This document shows, piece after piece, positions 1 through 14,135 of a DNA stretch of 64,000 nucleotides (position 1 is its first letter; every line of letters begins with the position of its first letter). Under the pieces are notes generated by a model. The model did no database searches, was not told where the DNA came from, and saw only the letters and a program-made list of their open reading frames with translations. Both the position numbers and the translations under genes were made by a program. The DNA is from Cetorhinus maximus (lineage: Eukaryota). The stretch is from assembly GCF_964194155.1 (NCBI RefSeq), contig NC_135907.1:21266001-21330000 (forward strand). The letters are read 5' to 3'.

Positions 1-102
1 AAATCCATGTGTGTAACGTAAACTCATCGAATTCTGTCAGTGAATGGCCGATACCAACATCACTAACACCTGGAGGGAGGAAGAAATAAATATGGAGCTT
101 AC

Positions 103-228
103 ATGAGGGTCAGTGTTCCCCAAGGAGAGCTTGTGCAGATCCAGCAGACTCTGGTTCACATCCTTCTCCATTTGCAGAGCTCTCTGCATTGCCTCCAGAC
201 CATTGCCCCACTCATCCTTCTCTGGTTT
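103..228 (-). CDS. Ferritin locus A, exon 3 ([42 protein letters not shown]); exon 4 lies left of the window
   Basis: 126-nt exon with a tttcag acceptor and gtaagc donor; translates to ferritin helix C with the E107 equivalent (QMEK). Confidence 0.95.
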
Positions 229-1375
229 CTGAAAGGGGAAGAGAAGTCTTGTTAGTGTTATTGGGAGTGGAAAGTCCAAGGGGCGTTACAATTTAGAAGT
301 AACAGAAGTTTGTCTGTGCACACGAAGAACAGTGTTATGACACAGTTTGTAAAGGCAGAGTTACTTAAAGTCCCAGAGGAAAACTTGAAACTAATAAACA
401 TACCAATTGAAAATATAGGTAGGGATGCAGCTCTGAAGTCAGAAATGGACCAAGCCACCAGAGGTTTTTATACAAAATTAAAAATGTCTACAAATTACCA
501 CCATAACCTTTAAACAAATCCTCAAATTAACCACTTCTAGGTAAATCTAGATCCAGGCAACAATAACCCATAGACTTAGACATCAGGCAAAGCACATTCT
601 ATTTTACTAATTCAAAAAGCCTTTCAATTTGGTTGCTTCAGAGTTGGAGGCTTACAGGCAGCTTAGATCTCATATGCCTCTGACCCACAAAACTGTATAT
701 ATCCAGCCTTCCCTTTGAATGTAAATTCTCATTGTATCACCAGGCCCTTTGAACTCCATCTCTTCTAACAAAACTTTCATAGTACCAATTTTATTAGTAA
801 TAAACAGATTGCTTGGTGTCTCCTAGCTAGGTGCAAGATTTCACCTCGTCTTTGAATGGTTTATTCAACAAAATGGAATTGTACTCTTTACCTTATTGTT
901 TAAGGTCTCAAAACTACTGTACATCAAAGCACCCAGACTAGCTGGCTTTAATCCAATTGACAGACCCTACTACAAGTCCAATGAACACAAGATCAGGTCA
1001 TTGACTCTACTTTGCAATTTTTAGCCAAAAACTTCCATTCCCAATTATTAGTTCTGGTTTAAATCCTCAAGAGGACTTCACCCATCTATGCTTACATCTT
1101 TGGTCCACATTCAACACCAGTTTCCTATGCAAATACCACAAAGCCTGGGTTAAGAATTTAGTGCAAAGAAAATAGTTCTGAATATCCAGATTTGGATCAG
1201 GCCATTCAAAGATCAACATCACACCAATTCATCCTGTAACTGTCCACACCTTGCACCAACAATTTTAAAGCATTAATCTCAATGGATTGAGAATTTATGG
1301 TGTAACAGCAAGACAATAAACTATTTGAAATAACAAGGAACTTCACAGAAGATGCCTTCCAAGTTAGAATCCAAC

Positions 1376-1522
1376 CTTGACATCCTCCAGGATGACCCGG
1401 CCTCCACGTTTATTCTGGAATTTCATCAGTTTCTCAGCGTGTTCCCGTTCCTCATGCGACTGCTCCTTGAAGAACTCAGCAAAGTGACGCAGGGCAACAT
1501 CATCCCGGTTAAAGTAAAAGGA
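1376..1522 (-). CDS. Ferritin locus A, exon 2 ([49 protein letters not shown])
   Basis: 147-nt exon, ctgcag acceptor, GTTGGA donor; ferroxidase motif EEREH intact. Confidence 0.95.
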
Positions 1523-1599
1523 CTGCAGGGAGACACAAAAACCCAAATATCATCCATGGCTAACAAAATAAAAAGCAGCCTCATGGTAGGCAAGTTACC

Positions 1600-2430
1600 C
1601 ATTCTCCACCTCGATATCTTCTTTTCAATTAAGGGGCTTACGGTTAGTCATTTGGTAGTACAAATCCATCCTGCAACATAGTGGCTGCCCTGCTTGCTGT
1701 ATATTACACAAACTTATGGGACTAAGGCTGCCCCTTTCAGTCCTGAAGAGTGGCCACTATCACATTAGCCTAGAAGGGCAAGGTATCTCAAATTTGATCA
1801 ACACGTGAAGTTAGCCATTTCATGCTGCTACTGCACAATAGCAACAAGTGGTGTTCACCACTAACAGTGCTGCCATCAAGATGTACTGCTGTGGTATAAG
1901 AATTTCAGAGTAATATTAGGTATTTAGGCCATGTTCCAAAGACTGGCAGATCATATCAAACAGTACATCCTTCAACTCTTTGCAACAGGCAAGGTACCGA
2001 CTATACCCAACCAGCCCATGCTGGCAAAACTCATGTAATCCTGCAATTGTTGTCCAGTCTTGTGTGCGCTAAGAATTACACTGACAATTTAAGATTAAGG
2101 CACTCGGTGCGGTTCACATACACATGTTAGAAGTTACATATCAATATACAGGACTCTTCTTTGCAGGCAGAAATAATATGCACACATTAAAACAGACATT
2201 CTCTGGTACATTCCCCAGGGCATTGCCCTAAGTTCAAGCCAGGAAGGGTCACTCCAACGAGTTTGGTTGTTAACAGTCAGTGCATTCTCCATGGCAACAC
2301 TTCTGCCAGAGTCCACTTGCCAGCCAATTAGCACACTCTTCTCATGAAGTATAAATTGTTGTTCCTTTTACATTAGGTATTGTCACAAATTTTCCTGATA
2401 AGTGCAAGACAAAAAGTTTCAAAAGGGCTT
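1600..2430 (+). mobile_element. Decayed Penelope-like element (family 2), 3' part with degraded hammerhead-like end
   Basis: Shares blocks (gctaagaattacact; ccatggcaac...ccaattagc; gtataaattgttg; ctgataagtgcaagac) with copies at 22192-22624 and 54800-55500. Boundaries approximate. Confidence 0.55.
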
Positions 2431-3078
2431 ACAGTTTAAGATAAAAAACTGTAGTGAAACTGAAGCCATTCCAATTAGTGTTTCTTCTGAATACATTCAA
2501 AGTTCCTGTATTCAGGAGAATCAATTTATCAATCAAAAAAAATTGAGGAATTTTTTGATTAAAGTTTCATTTCTGCACTCAACATATTTAAATGATCAGT
2601 AAGACATGCTTTCCTTTCCTACACCCTCCCCCTCCATGGACACCTGAATATCAGTGATAGAAAGAAAAAAAAACAAAACAATTTTACACATTGAGCAGGT
2701 TAATATTATGAATATTGAATGTTAAGAATCCAGTTGGAGGTAAGAAACATAACAGGATTCACTCATTTCTAAAAAAGTCAGGGGGGTGGGGAAGAAGGAG
2801 AAAGAAAATGATAGCTGACCACAACTAGTCAGCTAATGTTTCACTAGCTAGTCACCTGATTACATTTAATTGTTTCCATTTAAGTTGGAAAGTTGACCAA
2901 GTTTAGGAATCTTCAAAATGATTCATCTATTAGGAAACAGGGACCCTGGGAGTTAATTTTAGATGTAAACACTTCAGGGATAGGGTACAGCTATTAAAGA
3001 ACAAGGAACACACTCCTGTCATGGGGAAGGCTACATTTCAAAACCAATTCATTGACTCAGGGAAATGCTACCTACTCA

Positions 3079-3237
<159 letters not shown>

Positions 3238-3292
3238 CTACAAAGTTGGTTTAAACAAAACAAACTAAGACCAAACAACTACCAAACTCTTG

Positions 3293-3350
3293 TATTTATA
3301 CTACTGGGACATACATCCCTGCATTCCAACAGGCAATGACATCACCAATG
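3293..3350 (-). promoter_or_regulatory. Locus A core promoter: TATAAATA, with CRE-like TGACATCA and CCAAT nearby
   Basis: TATAAATA on the - strand at 3293-3300, ~62 nt upstream of the ATG; TGACATCA at 3337-3344. Confidence 0.6.
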
Positions 3351-4269
3351 ATGATTGATAATTCCTGATAGCCAGTCAGGAAGCTGCCATGAATCCAGGC
3401 ACTTATTGAGGAGTGGGGGTGGGGTGTGTTACCCAGAGTCAATCACATCTGTGGAATACAGACAGGTTTAGATGATTTTACTGTGATTGGAACATTAGAG
3501 CTGGAGGAGGCCATTCAGCCCCTCAAATCTGTTCCACCATTCAATTTGATCATGTTGGTTGGTAGTTTAACTCTATTTACCTGCCTTGATTCCATTTGCC
3601 TTCAAACCCTTAGCTAACAAATAACGAGCAATATTAGTTTCAAAATGTTCAAATGACTCTCAGCATTTTTGGGGAGAGAGTTCCACATTTCAATCCTTTG
3701 AGTGAAGAAATGCTTCCTGACAACCTCCCTGAACAGCCCAGCTCTAATCTTAAAATTATTCTGCCCCTGTGCTGGACCACCTCACAAGAGGAAATCATTC
3801 TTCTCTATTTACCCTACCAATTAATCATCTTCAACACCTCAACTATAATCATCGCTTATTATTCTGTACTTGAGGGAATATGAGACTGTTCTGTCCAAAT
3901 GGCCTCATAATTTAACCCCTTCAGTCCTGGTAACAATCTGTTGAATCTGTGCCGTATCCGCTCCAAAGCCAATATATCAGAACTGAACATAGTGTTCCAG
4001 ATATCCTCTAACTCACCCTTTCCATAACTGCAGCAGATCATCCAGCCCTTGATGTTCCAACCCCTTAGAGATGAAGATTCTATTAGTCTTTTCAATTCAT
4101 TTGTGCATCTATCCAATAGTTTTTGTAATTTCTGTAGATGGACCCCTAACTCTCTCTTTCCTCCACAGTTCTATTCATCATTTATTAACACTCTGATCTA
4201 TATTTCTCGGTCCAAGGTGGATGACCTCACTCTTCCTTGTATTGAACTCTTTCTACCAGTTTTGTCCAC

Positions 4270-5065
4270 AACACTCCATGTTCATATGCAGCAAGACTTG
4301 GAGAACATTCAGGCTTGGGCTGAAAAGCGGCAAGCAACATTCGTGCCACACAATTGCCAGGCAATGACCAGCTCCAACAAGAGAGAATCTAACCATCTCC
4401 CCTTGACATTCAATGGCATTTCCATCGCTGAATCCCCCACTAGCAACACCCTGGGGGTTACCATTGACCAGGAACTGAACTGGATCTACAAAAGTAGGTC
4501 AGAGGCTGGGAAATCTGTGACAAGTGACCCACCTCCTGACTCCAAAGCCTGTCCACCAATAACAAGGCACAAGTCAGGAGTGTGATGGGATACTCTCTGC
4601 TTGCCTGGATGAGTGCAGCCCCCAACAACAGTCAAGAACCTTGCTTTCATCTAGTGCAAAGCAGCCCATTTGGTCAGCATCCCATCCACCATCTTAACCA
4701 TTCACTCCCTCCACCACCAACACACAGTGGCAGCACAAGATGCACTGAAGCAATTCGCCAAGGCTCCTTCGACAGCACCTTCCAAACTCGCGACCTAGAA
4801 GGACAAGGGCAGCAGATACATGGGAACACCACCACCTACAAGTTCCCCTCCAAGCCACACACTATCCTGACTTGGAACTATATCGCCGTTCCTTCACTGT
4901 TGCTGGGCCCAAATCCTGAAACTCCTTTTCCTAACAGCACTGTGGGTTGTACGTAGACCAATGCAGTGGTTCAAGAAAGCTGCTCTCCACCACCTTCTCA
5001 AGGGCAATTAGAGATGGACAATAAATGCTGGCCCAGCCATCAAAGCTCACATCCCATAAATGCAT
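4270..5065 (+). mobile_element. CR1/L2-clade LINE 3' fragment (second LINE family)
   Basis: ORF remnants QQDLENIQAWAEKRQATF...LGVTIDQELNW; closely similar to 39395-40265; ends in caagggcaattag...aataaatgctggcc...cacatccca. Confidence 0.8.
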
Positions 5066-6275
5066 ATTATATAATAAAAACCTCCCTTAATCTATCATTG
5101 TCCCCTTGCAAATTTCTGCACCCATCATCTACACTATTTGCTGTGCCACCTAACTGAGTGTCATAAGGAAATTTGACTATACATCACTTATTCCTTCATC
5201 TACGGTATATATAAATAGGGTGAAAATCTGAAGCCCCTCCATCCATATCCCTGGGGAGATGACTAGTCACATCTCAAAGTAAACACCCATTATCCCTACA
5301 CTGTCTCTTACATCGTAACAATTCCCCAGTCATGTCAAAGAGTTTCCTCCAATTCCATCTGCTTCCATTTTCCCTAAGTTTTTTTTAAAAAATGGAACCT
5401 TGTCAGTGATACAATCGATGTTGGTTTCTTTTGCATTCCTAGAAATGAAACTGATAACATCTGTTCCCAGAATCAGATCTTCACAACATATCTGTGTGAT
5501 GGGTTTGCAAATAGAAATTCAACTCTGTAGATGGTGTTGAGCACATCTGTATTTTGTTTTAATTCATTTATGGGATGTGGGCTTCACTGGCTAGGCCAGT
5601 ATTTATTACCCATCCCTACTTGCCCTCAAGAAAGTGGTGGTAAGCTGCCTTCTTGAACCACTGCAGTTTATGTGATGTAGATACACCCATAGTGCTGTTA
5701 GGAAGGGAGTTCTAGGTATCCTTGTTAACCCATCACTTGGAGAATTGATGCACCACTTGTTTGATCGGAATGCGTCCATGATAGCAATGCTGGTTTCTGT
5801 AGTTGAAAGAGACAGACCTGCACTAGATAGCTTGCAGAATCACTGTAGACTAACTGAACAATTTGGGCAAGTGGAATGTGGATCAGTGGAGGAGTGTCAG
5901 TCAGAACTCTAGTGCTCCATCATTGTCAAGTTTGATACTCCCTTCTACAAATCTCAAATTTGAGATTTAATTCAAAGGAAAGATTTTGTACTGGAAATGT
6001 AGAGTACCTTGTGTTTGGTTCCCTGGCTGAAGAATTTCCAAGTCTACTCATCCAAGACCATTGGATGAGGCCCTTGGAGATGAGGTACAAGCAATGATTG
6101 AACAAATGACAAGGTGATCAATAAGATGTGTACAGGCTAGTAAAAAAAAACACACTACTTTGGCAATGTCATGCATGACATTTTCCCTCAACTGCTTCCT
6201 CATTTAATGAGACCATGGCTGATGCTATCAGGGCTGCAAAACCCCTATAACCATCATCACTCTTGTAGATTACAT

Positions 6276-6281
6276 TTTATT
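6276..6281 (-). other. Candidate polyadenylation signal of locus B
   Basis: AATAAA on the - strand downstream of exon 4 and the minisatellite. Confidence 0.4.
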
Positions 6282-6489
6282 TTACCAACAGCCTTAAATA
6301 TAGTCAAAGGACCCAGCTACCACTACTCAGAAGGGGGTTAATTTTGGCAGGAGGGGGTGGGTACTGATACACTGTAGAAAGTTTTCCCAAAAGGTGCACA
6401 ATTCCCAAAGAACTTCCTCCTCATCTGTCTACAAAATATGGATGGACGGGCCGATCCAGACCCAGCCCTCGCTCTCTCCCCCAGGGCCT

Positions 6490-7201
<712 letters not shown>

Positions 7202-7224
7202 TTAGCCAGAGAAGACCAGAATTC

Positions 7225-8750
7225 TCTTTATCCATTCTTGGATGTGGGCATCACTGGCTAGGCCAGCATTTATTGCCCATCCCCAATTTCCCTGAAGGTG
7301 ATGAGCTGCTACAGTCTGTGGTTTAGGTACACCCACTACAGTTAGGGAGAGAGTTCCAGGATTGACGATACATTTCCAAGTCAGGATGGAGAGTGGCGGT
7401 GGGGGGGGGGAACTTCCAGGTGGTCCCATCTATCTGCTGCCCTTGTATCTTTCTAGATGGAGGTGATTTGGAAGATGCTGTCTAAGGAGGCTTGGTGAGT
7501 TCCTGCAGTGCATCTTGTAGATGGTATACACTGCTGCAACTGTGAGGTGATGGAGGGAGTGAATGTTTGTGAAAGGGGTGCTAGTCAAGCAGGCTGCTTT
7601 GGCCTAGATGCTATGCAGCTTCTTGTGTTGATAGAGCTGCACTCATCCAGGCAAGGGGAGAGTATCCATCACTCCAGACTTGTGCCTTGTAGATTTATGG
7701 GCAGGTTTTGGGAGTCACTCACTGCAGGATTCCTAGTCTTACCTGGTCTGTAGCCATGGTGTTTCTAAGGCTAGTCCAGTTTCTGGACAATAGTAGCCCC
7801 CCAGGGTGTTGATAGTTGGACGGGGGAGGGGGGGGGGTTCAATGGTGGTAATGCCATTGAATGTCAAGAGGTGATGGTTAGATTCTTAAATGAGATTGCC
7901 TGGCATGTGGCACAAATGTTACTTGTCAGCTGAAACCTGGATATTGTACAAATGCAGCAAGACCCGGACATGAACCACTTCAGTAGCTGAGGAGTCACAA
8001 ATGGTGCTGAACAAGCAAACATCCCCACTTCTGACCTTATGTTGGAAGGAAGGTCATTGATGAAGCAGCTGAAGATGGTTGGGCCTAGGACACTACCCTG
8101 AGCAACTCCTGCAGAGATGCCCTGGGACTGAGATGACTGACCTCCAACAACCACAACCATCTTCATTTGTGCAAGGTATGGCTCCAACCAGTGGCGAGTT
8201 CCCCACCCAGATTCCAATTAGGGCTCCTCGATGCTACACTCAGTCAAACGCTGCCTTGATGTCAAGTGCAGTCACTCTCACCTCGGGAGTTCAGCTCTTT
8301 CATCCATGTTTGAACCAAGGCTGTAATGAGGTAAGGAGCTGAGTGACCCTGGCAGAACCCAAACTGAGAGTTAGTGAACAGGTTATGATGAGCAAGTGCC
8401 ACTTCATAGCACTCTTGATGACCCCTTCCATCACTCTACTAATGAGGCAATAATTGTTTGGATTCATCTGCATTTTTGCATACCGGACTAGGTAATTTTC
8501 CACATAGCTGGGTAGATGCCAGTGTTGGAGCTGTACTGGAACAGCTTGGCTAGCAGTGCAGCAAGTTCTGGAGCACAAGTCTTCAGTAATATTGCAAGCG
8601 CCAATAGCCTGAGCAGTATCCAGTGCCTTCAGCCATTTCTTGATATCATGGAGTGAATAAAATTGGCTGAAGACTGGTATCTGTGACGCTGGGGACCTCA
8701 GGAGAGATGGATCATCCACTTGACACTTCTGGCTGAAGATTGTTGCAAGT
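7225..8750 (-). mobile_element. CR1/L2-clade LINE RT fragment, decayed
   Basis: ORF remnant VVVGGQSSQSQGISAGVAQGSVLGPTIFSCFINDLP (PQGS-type RT motif); family 3' tail at ~7230-7300. Confidence 0.8.
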
Positions 8751-8991
8751 GGTGAGTCACAATTTCATCAATATGGGACAGAATTTCTCAAAAAAGGGTG
8801 AAGGCTTAGACAAATACCCTGGAAGCAATTTAGTAATCCATGTCCAGTGTCAATGTCAGACTAAGTAAAAGAAACAAACCTATATGGAGTTCGACCAATG
8901 TAGAATGAAGGGCAGATTCCAATATCAGCTTCAACTCTTTAGAGATAAAAGAGTCATGAATCATAGCAAAGAAAAAAAACCAGGAACTTAC

Positions 8992-9117
8992 ATGAGGGTC
9001 GGTGTTGCCAGAGGAGAGCTTGTGCAGATCCAGCAGACTCTGGTTCACATTCTTCTCCATCTGCAGAGCTCTCTGCATTGCCTCCAGACCATTACCCCAC
9101 TCATCCTGCTCTGGCTT
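8992..9117 (-). CDS. Ferritin locus B, exon 3 ([42 protein letters not shown]); exons 1-2 not found
   Basis: 126-nt exon with a poly-T+cag acceptor and gtaagt donor; 9 nt differences from locus A exon 3. Confidence 0.9.
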
Positions 9118-10859
9118 CTGAAAAAAAAAAACAGAAAAATTACTGCGCCACTATCTGGTATTCAAAACTTGTAATGGGAATGATTTTTAACTAATTGAGG
9201 AAATTTAATCTTAAATTGGCACAACTCCAATGGTAACAGGATATTGCTCAATCTTTCCATTCATCAAATTTTTACAGATGCTGACTGATCTGTTTTCTAG
9301 CTTTTGATAGATAGTGGATGATTTGAGTTTTTTTTTGACACATGCAGTTGCTGGTCACTTTCAGCGAGAAGGCTTGACTGTGGAGGATGTTCAACTCATC
9401 AGGCACATTTGTGCTTGCCAAGCTTATTAATGTATAATAAAGCAGCATGAATCAATGTCTGGGGGACAGCTACCAATCATTTTAATCTTTAAAGGCTCTG
9501 CCCATAGAGACAGGTGTCAATTTGTGTTTCATTTTGGTTTCATTTTAACTCAACACCTCAGTGCTCTGTCTTATCTCTCAAGATCAATGAGTGCATCATG
9601 TGATTCTTAAGTTTAAAGGTTGTGATCGGCGGGTTTCAAATGAGAGTTGTACACCCAGGAAGCCACGGCTTTTCAAAAAATCTAAGTCTGCCCTTTCACA
9701 AGTTTGGATTTTCGGGTTGTGGCAGCCCTTTAATGGCTGCTGATGCTTAAAGTGAATTTCCTGGTGGGGCATCAGGTGCTGATACAGGGGAGTGGGTACT
9801 CGGGATTTTTTTGTTTGGCATGAGACCCCCATCCAGAATGTCAGAAATAATTTAAATGATCTGCCCTTGTATTAACCATTGAGGTAAGTTCACTTGTATA
9901 CAAGTGACCACGTTGCACTGGACAACACTTGTACTGGTGGAACTACACAAACGATAGCTGTACAGATGTGCCAGTATTAATGGCACTCCATGGGGCCACC
10001 AAGAATACACACTGCAGCTTCCGGCCATGGGTGGACTGGAGCTGATATTCTGAGCTACCCCAACACTTTGAGCAACCCTTTCAAACTTGTTTGCACTTGG
10101 ACCCATTCCTTCACACGCCACATAACCTGTTGCATAATATTGGTATTACAATTAGTCCTCCGTTGTGGCTCTGCCAAATCTTGTCTAGTTACTTCAGCTT
10201 AGATCAAAAGTGGTTACACCCTGCCTCCAAACCGTAAATTCTGTTCACCAAAAGGCTCTTCATCACAATTGGAGGGTGATTGATTTGACAAGCAGGTGGC
10301 AACTACATTTACCCCAGGATGGTAAAGGTTTATCTGTGGGGGATGGGGTAGGCTATTAGTTGGTTCAGTAAGGAGTTTGCAACTACTGTGACAGTAGCTC
10401 TCTCTCTCTCTCTCTTTTTTACACACTGGTATTTTTTTGACTATATTTTCTAGCTCCGTTTGTGTCTTCTCTTTCTGATTGTTTTCTTTGCCTCTCACTG
10501 TTGTTCTCCCTATCTCAGTCTTCAATTGAGGTGAGTAACATGGATGTATTTACAGGGCAGAGGGAAATGAGCATTTGAGGTAGAATGGAACAGAAGGATA
10601 TGCTGATAGGGAGAGAGGTGGGAGGGGCCTTGTATGGAACATCAATACCAGCATGAGCCAAATGGCCTGTTTCTGTGCTGTTACTCAATGTAATAATTCT
10701 TTCTTGGATCTATGCGGAGCCTGTTCAGAAAGGTTTTTGTACAGATGTTCAAGAATACAGAGTGGGACACACAATTCCACATACAGAATAATTTAAGGGA
10801 GACAGTGATATGGTGGTAACTAGTAATCCAGAGGCCCAGGCTAATGGTCTGAGGCCAAA

Positions 10860-12862
10860 TCTAGACCCCTGGTTGTCTAGAGGAATACAGGGGAAGATCA
10901 AACAGAAAAAGAAAGCATACGATAGGCACAAAGAACTAAGCACTTGTCTAGACGAATATAGGAAGTGCAGAGATGAAGTAAAAAAGGAAATCAAAGAAAG
11001 GGCATGAAAAAAAGATTAGCAAGTAAAGTTAAAGATAACCCAAAGATGTTTTACCAATATATTAATGCTAAAAGGTTAGTTAAGGAAAAAGTGGGACCTA
11101 TCAGAGATGAAGATGGAAACTTATGTGTAGATGCAGAGGCTGTGGGAAGGTTTTTAAATGAATATTTTGTCTCCGTGTTTACAAAGGAAAGAGAGGATGT
11201 AGATATAGTGGTCCAGGAGGAACACTGCGAGATATTGGACGGGATAGTCATAAAGAGAGAGGAAATACTCGAAGGATTGAAATCCTTGAAAGTTGATAAG
11301 TCACCAGGGCCAGATGGATTGTTTCTGAGGCTGCTGAAGGAAGTCAGGGAGGAGATAGATGCTCTGAGGATGATTTTCCAATCTTCACTAGATACAGGGG
11401 AGGTACCGGAGGACTGGAGAAATGCAAACGTAGTTCCATTGTTTAAAAAGGGATCAAAGGAAATGCTAAATAATTATAATTAGTCTGACATCGGTGGTGA
11501 GCAAATAGTAGAATCAATCCTGAGAGATAGAATTAACTGTCATGTGGAAAGGCATAGGCTAGTCAGGGATGGTCAGTGTGGATTTGTTAAAGGAAGGTCT
11601 TGCCTCACAAATTTGATTGAATCCTTTGAGGAAGTGACAAGAAGGGTTGATGAAGGTAGTGCAGTGGATGTTGTGTACATGGATTTTAGCCAGGCATTTG
11701 ACAAGGTCCCACATGGCAGATTGGTCAGGAAAGTAAAAGCCCATGGGATTCAGGGTAATGTCGCAAACTGGATAAAAGGTTGGCTTTGTAACAGGAAACA
11801 AAGGGTAATGGTCGATGGATGCCCTTGTGAATGGCAAGTTGTCTCAAGTGGTGTTCCACAGGGCTCGGTGCTGGGACCCTTGCTGTTTATGTTATATATT
11901 AACGATTTGGACGTGAATGTGGGGGGCATGATTGGTAAATTTGCAGATGACACAAAGATTGGCTAAGTAGTAGATAGTGTAGAGGATAGTCATAATCTCC
12001 AAAATGATATAGATGGGTTGGTGGAGTGGGTGGTAAAGTGGCAGATGGATTTTAACATAGAGAAGTGTGAGGTCATACATTTAGGGAGGTCAAACAGTTA
12101 CAGGGATTACACAATAAATGGGAATATACTGAGAAGGGTGATGAAGTGAGAGATCTTGGCGTACAAGTACAAAGGTCCCTGAAGGCAGCAGTTCAAGTAG
12201 ACAAGGTTGTAAAGAAGGCACATGGAATGCTCTCCTTCATTGGCAGAGGTATAGAATATAAAAGTAAGGATATAATGTTGGAATTGTATAAAACACTGGT
12301 GAAGCCACAACTGGAGTATTGTGTGCAGTTCTGGTCACCACATTACAGGAAGGATGTAATAGCTTTGGAGAGAGTGCAGAGGAGATTTACAAGAATGTTG
12401 CCAGGGTTAGAAAAGTGTAGCTACAAGGAGAGATTGGATAGGTTGGGGTTATTTTCCTTAGAACAAAGAAGGCTAAGAGGTGACTTGATTGAGGTGTACA
12501 AAGTTATGAGGGGAATAGATAGAGTGAACAGGATAAAATTGTTTCCCTTGGTGGAGAATTCTAGAACCAGGGGACATAGATTCAAGATAAGTGGCAGAAG
12601 GTGTAGGGGGGACATGAGGAAGAACTTTTTTACACAGAGGGTAGTGGGTGTCTGGAATTCGCTGCCCAAGTTGGTGGTAGAGGCAGAAACTCTAAACTCT
12701 TTTAAAAAGTACCTGGATCTGCACCTTAAATGCTGTAAGCTGCAGGGCTATGGGCCGGGTGCAGGAAGGCGGGATTAGAAAGGGCACCTGGGTGTCCTCG
12801 GGCTGGCATGGACAAGATGGGCCAAATGGCCTCCTTTTGTGCTGTAACTTTTCTATGGTTCT
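10860..12862 (+). mobile_element. CR1 LINE, 5'-truncated ORF2 (reverse transcriptase) with frameshifts, nested in a SINE
   Basis: ORFs with KSPGPDG, YMDFSQAFDKVPH, GVPQGSVLGP, KFADDTKIG, LEYCVQFWSP; 3' tail ttctatggttcta. SINE halves at ~10800-10855 and ~12866-13195. Confidence 0.92.
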
Positions 12863-12865
12863 AAG

Positions 12866-13195
12866 GGTTCAAATCCCATCATGGCAGTTGGCGGAATTTA
12901 AATTCAATTAATTAATAGAAAAAAAAGTCTGGAATTGAAAGCTAGTCTCAGTAACGGTGAGCATGAAACAATCGTTGATTGTTGTAAAAACCCATCTGGT
13001 TCACTAATGCCCTTTAAGGAAGGAAATCTGCCGTCCTTGCTTGGTCTGCCCTACATGTGACTCCAGACCCACAGCAATGTGGGTGGCTCTTAATTGCCCT
13101 CTGAAATGGCCGAGCAAATCGTTCAATTCAAAAGCAGTTAGGGATGGGCAATAAATGCTGGCCTTGCCAGTGACGTCCATCCCATGAAAGATTTG
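12866..13195 (+). mobile_element. tRNA-derived SINE (3' part; 5' head at ~10800-10855)
   Basis: B-box ggttcaaatcc; body and tail shared with copies at 26955, 43370, 45905 and 60670. Confidence 0.75.
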
Positions 13196-13614
13196 AAATA
13201 AAGGCATTTTTTTCATAGCTTGTTCAAAACTAGACTTAGGAAAATGTGGTAAGATGTTGAAAATGAATAAATATCAATCTGTCATGTCAGAAATATTAAT
13301 TATCTTGGTGTCAACGCAATGAGTGCCAAATACCCGGCACATTAAAAAACTCTAGAGGAGAATTGGTTACACCCTCCAACCTTAAGGGTAGATTAAGAAC
13401 AAAGAACTCCTGCTGAAAACCCAACCATCAGAGCCATCGCAATAATTGACTTGACATCCAATGGGCCACAGCAGTGATAGCTCTTCACAGGTGAGGAGAG
13501 ATTAACTATCTGATTTCATAAGAGCTTCGGTAAATTGACTCAACTAAGACGAATAAAAATGGATTTCCGAAGAAGTCTACACATTAACAAATGAAACTAA
13601 CAATAATTTCAGTC

Positions 13615-14135
13615 ATTAGACCTCAGCTGAATTATTGTGTCCAAGTCTGGGCACCACTTTAGGAAGGATGTCAAGGCCTTGCAGAGGGTGCACAGGAGGT
13701 TTATTAGAATGGGAGCAGGGGCTTCACTTATGTGGACAGACTTAGAGAAAATGTTCTCCTTCAAGCAGAAAAAGTTAAGGGGAGATTTAATACAGGTGTT
13801 CAAAATTATGAAGGATTTTGTAAGAGTAAATAAGGAGAAACAATTTCCATTGGCAGAAGGGTTGGCAACCAGAGGCTATCGGATTTAAGCTAATTGCCAC
13901 GAGAACCAGAAGGGAGGTGAGGATTTTTTTTTAATGCAGTGAGTTGCTGTGATCTGGAATGCGTTGCCTGAAAGGGCAGTGGAAGCAGATTCAATAGTAG
14001 CTTTCGAAAGGGAATCGGATAAATACTTGAAAAGAGAGAATTTGGAGGGCTGTGGGGAAAGAGCAGGAAGGAGTGGGACTAATTGGATAACATTTAAAGA
14101 GACAACGATGAGCTCCTCCTTCTGTGCTGTTTAAT
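13615..14135 (+). mobile_element. Old CR1 3' fragment
   Basis: ORF remnant FRKDVKALQRVHRRF...LRGDLIQVFKIM. Confidence 0.75.

Noticed and set aside
9300-10260. Possible missing ferritin B exon 2 or another gene
   Set aside because: No ferritin-like translation in any frame I read; at most weak transposase-like fragments that I cannot assign.
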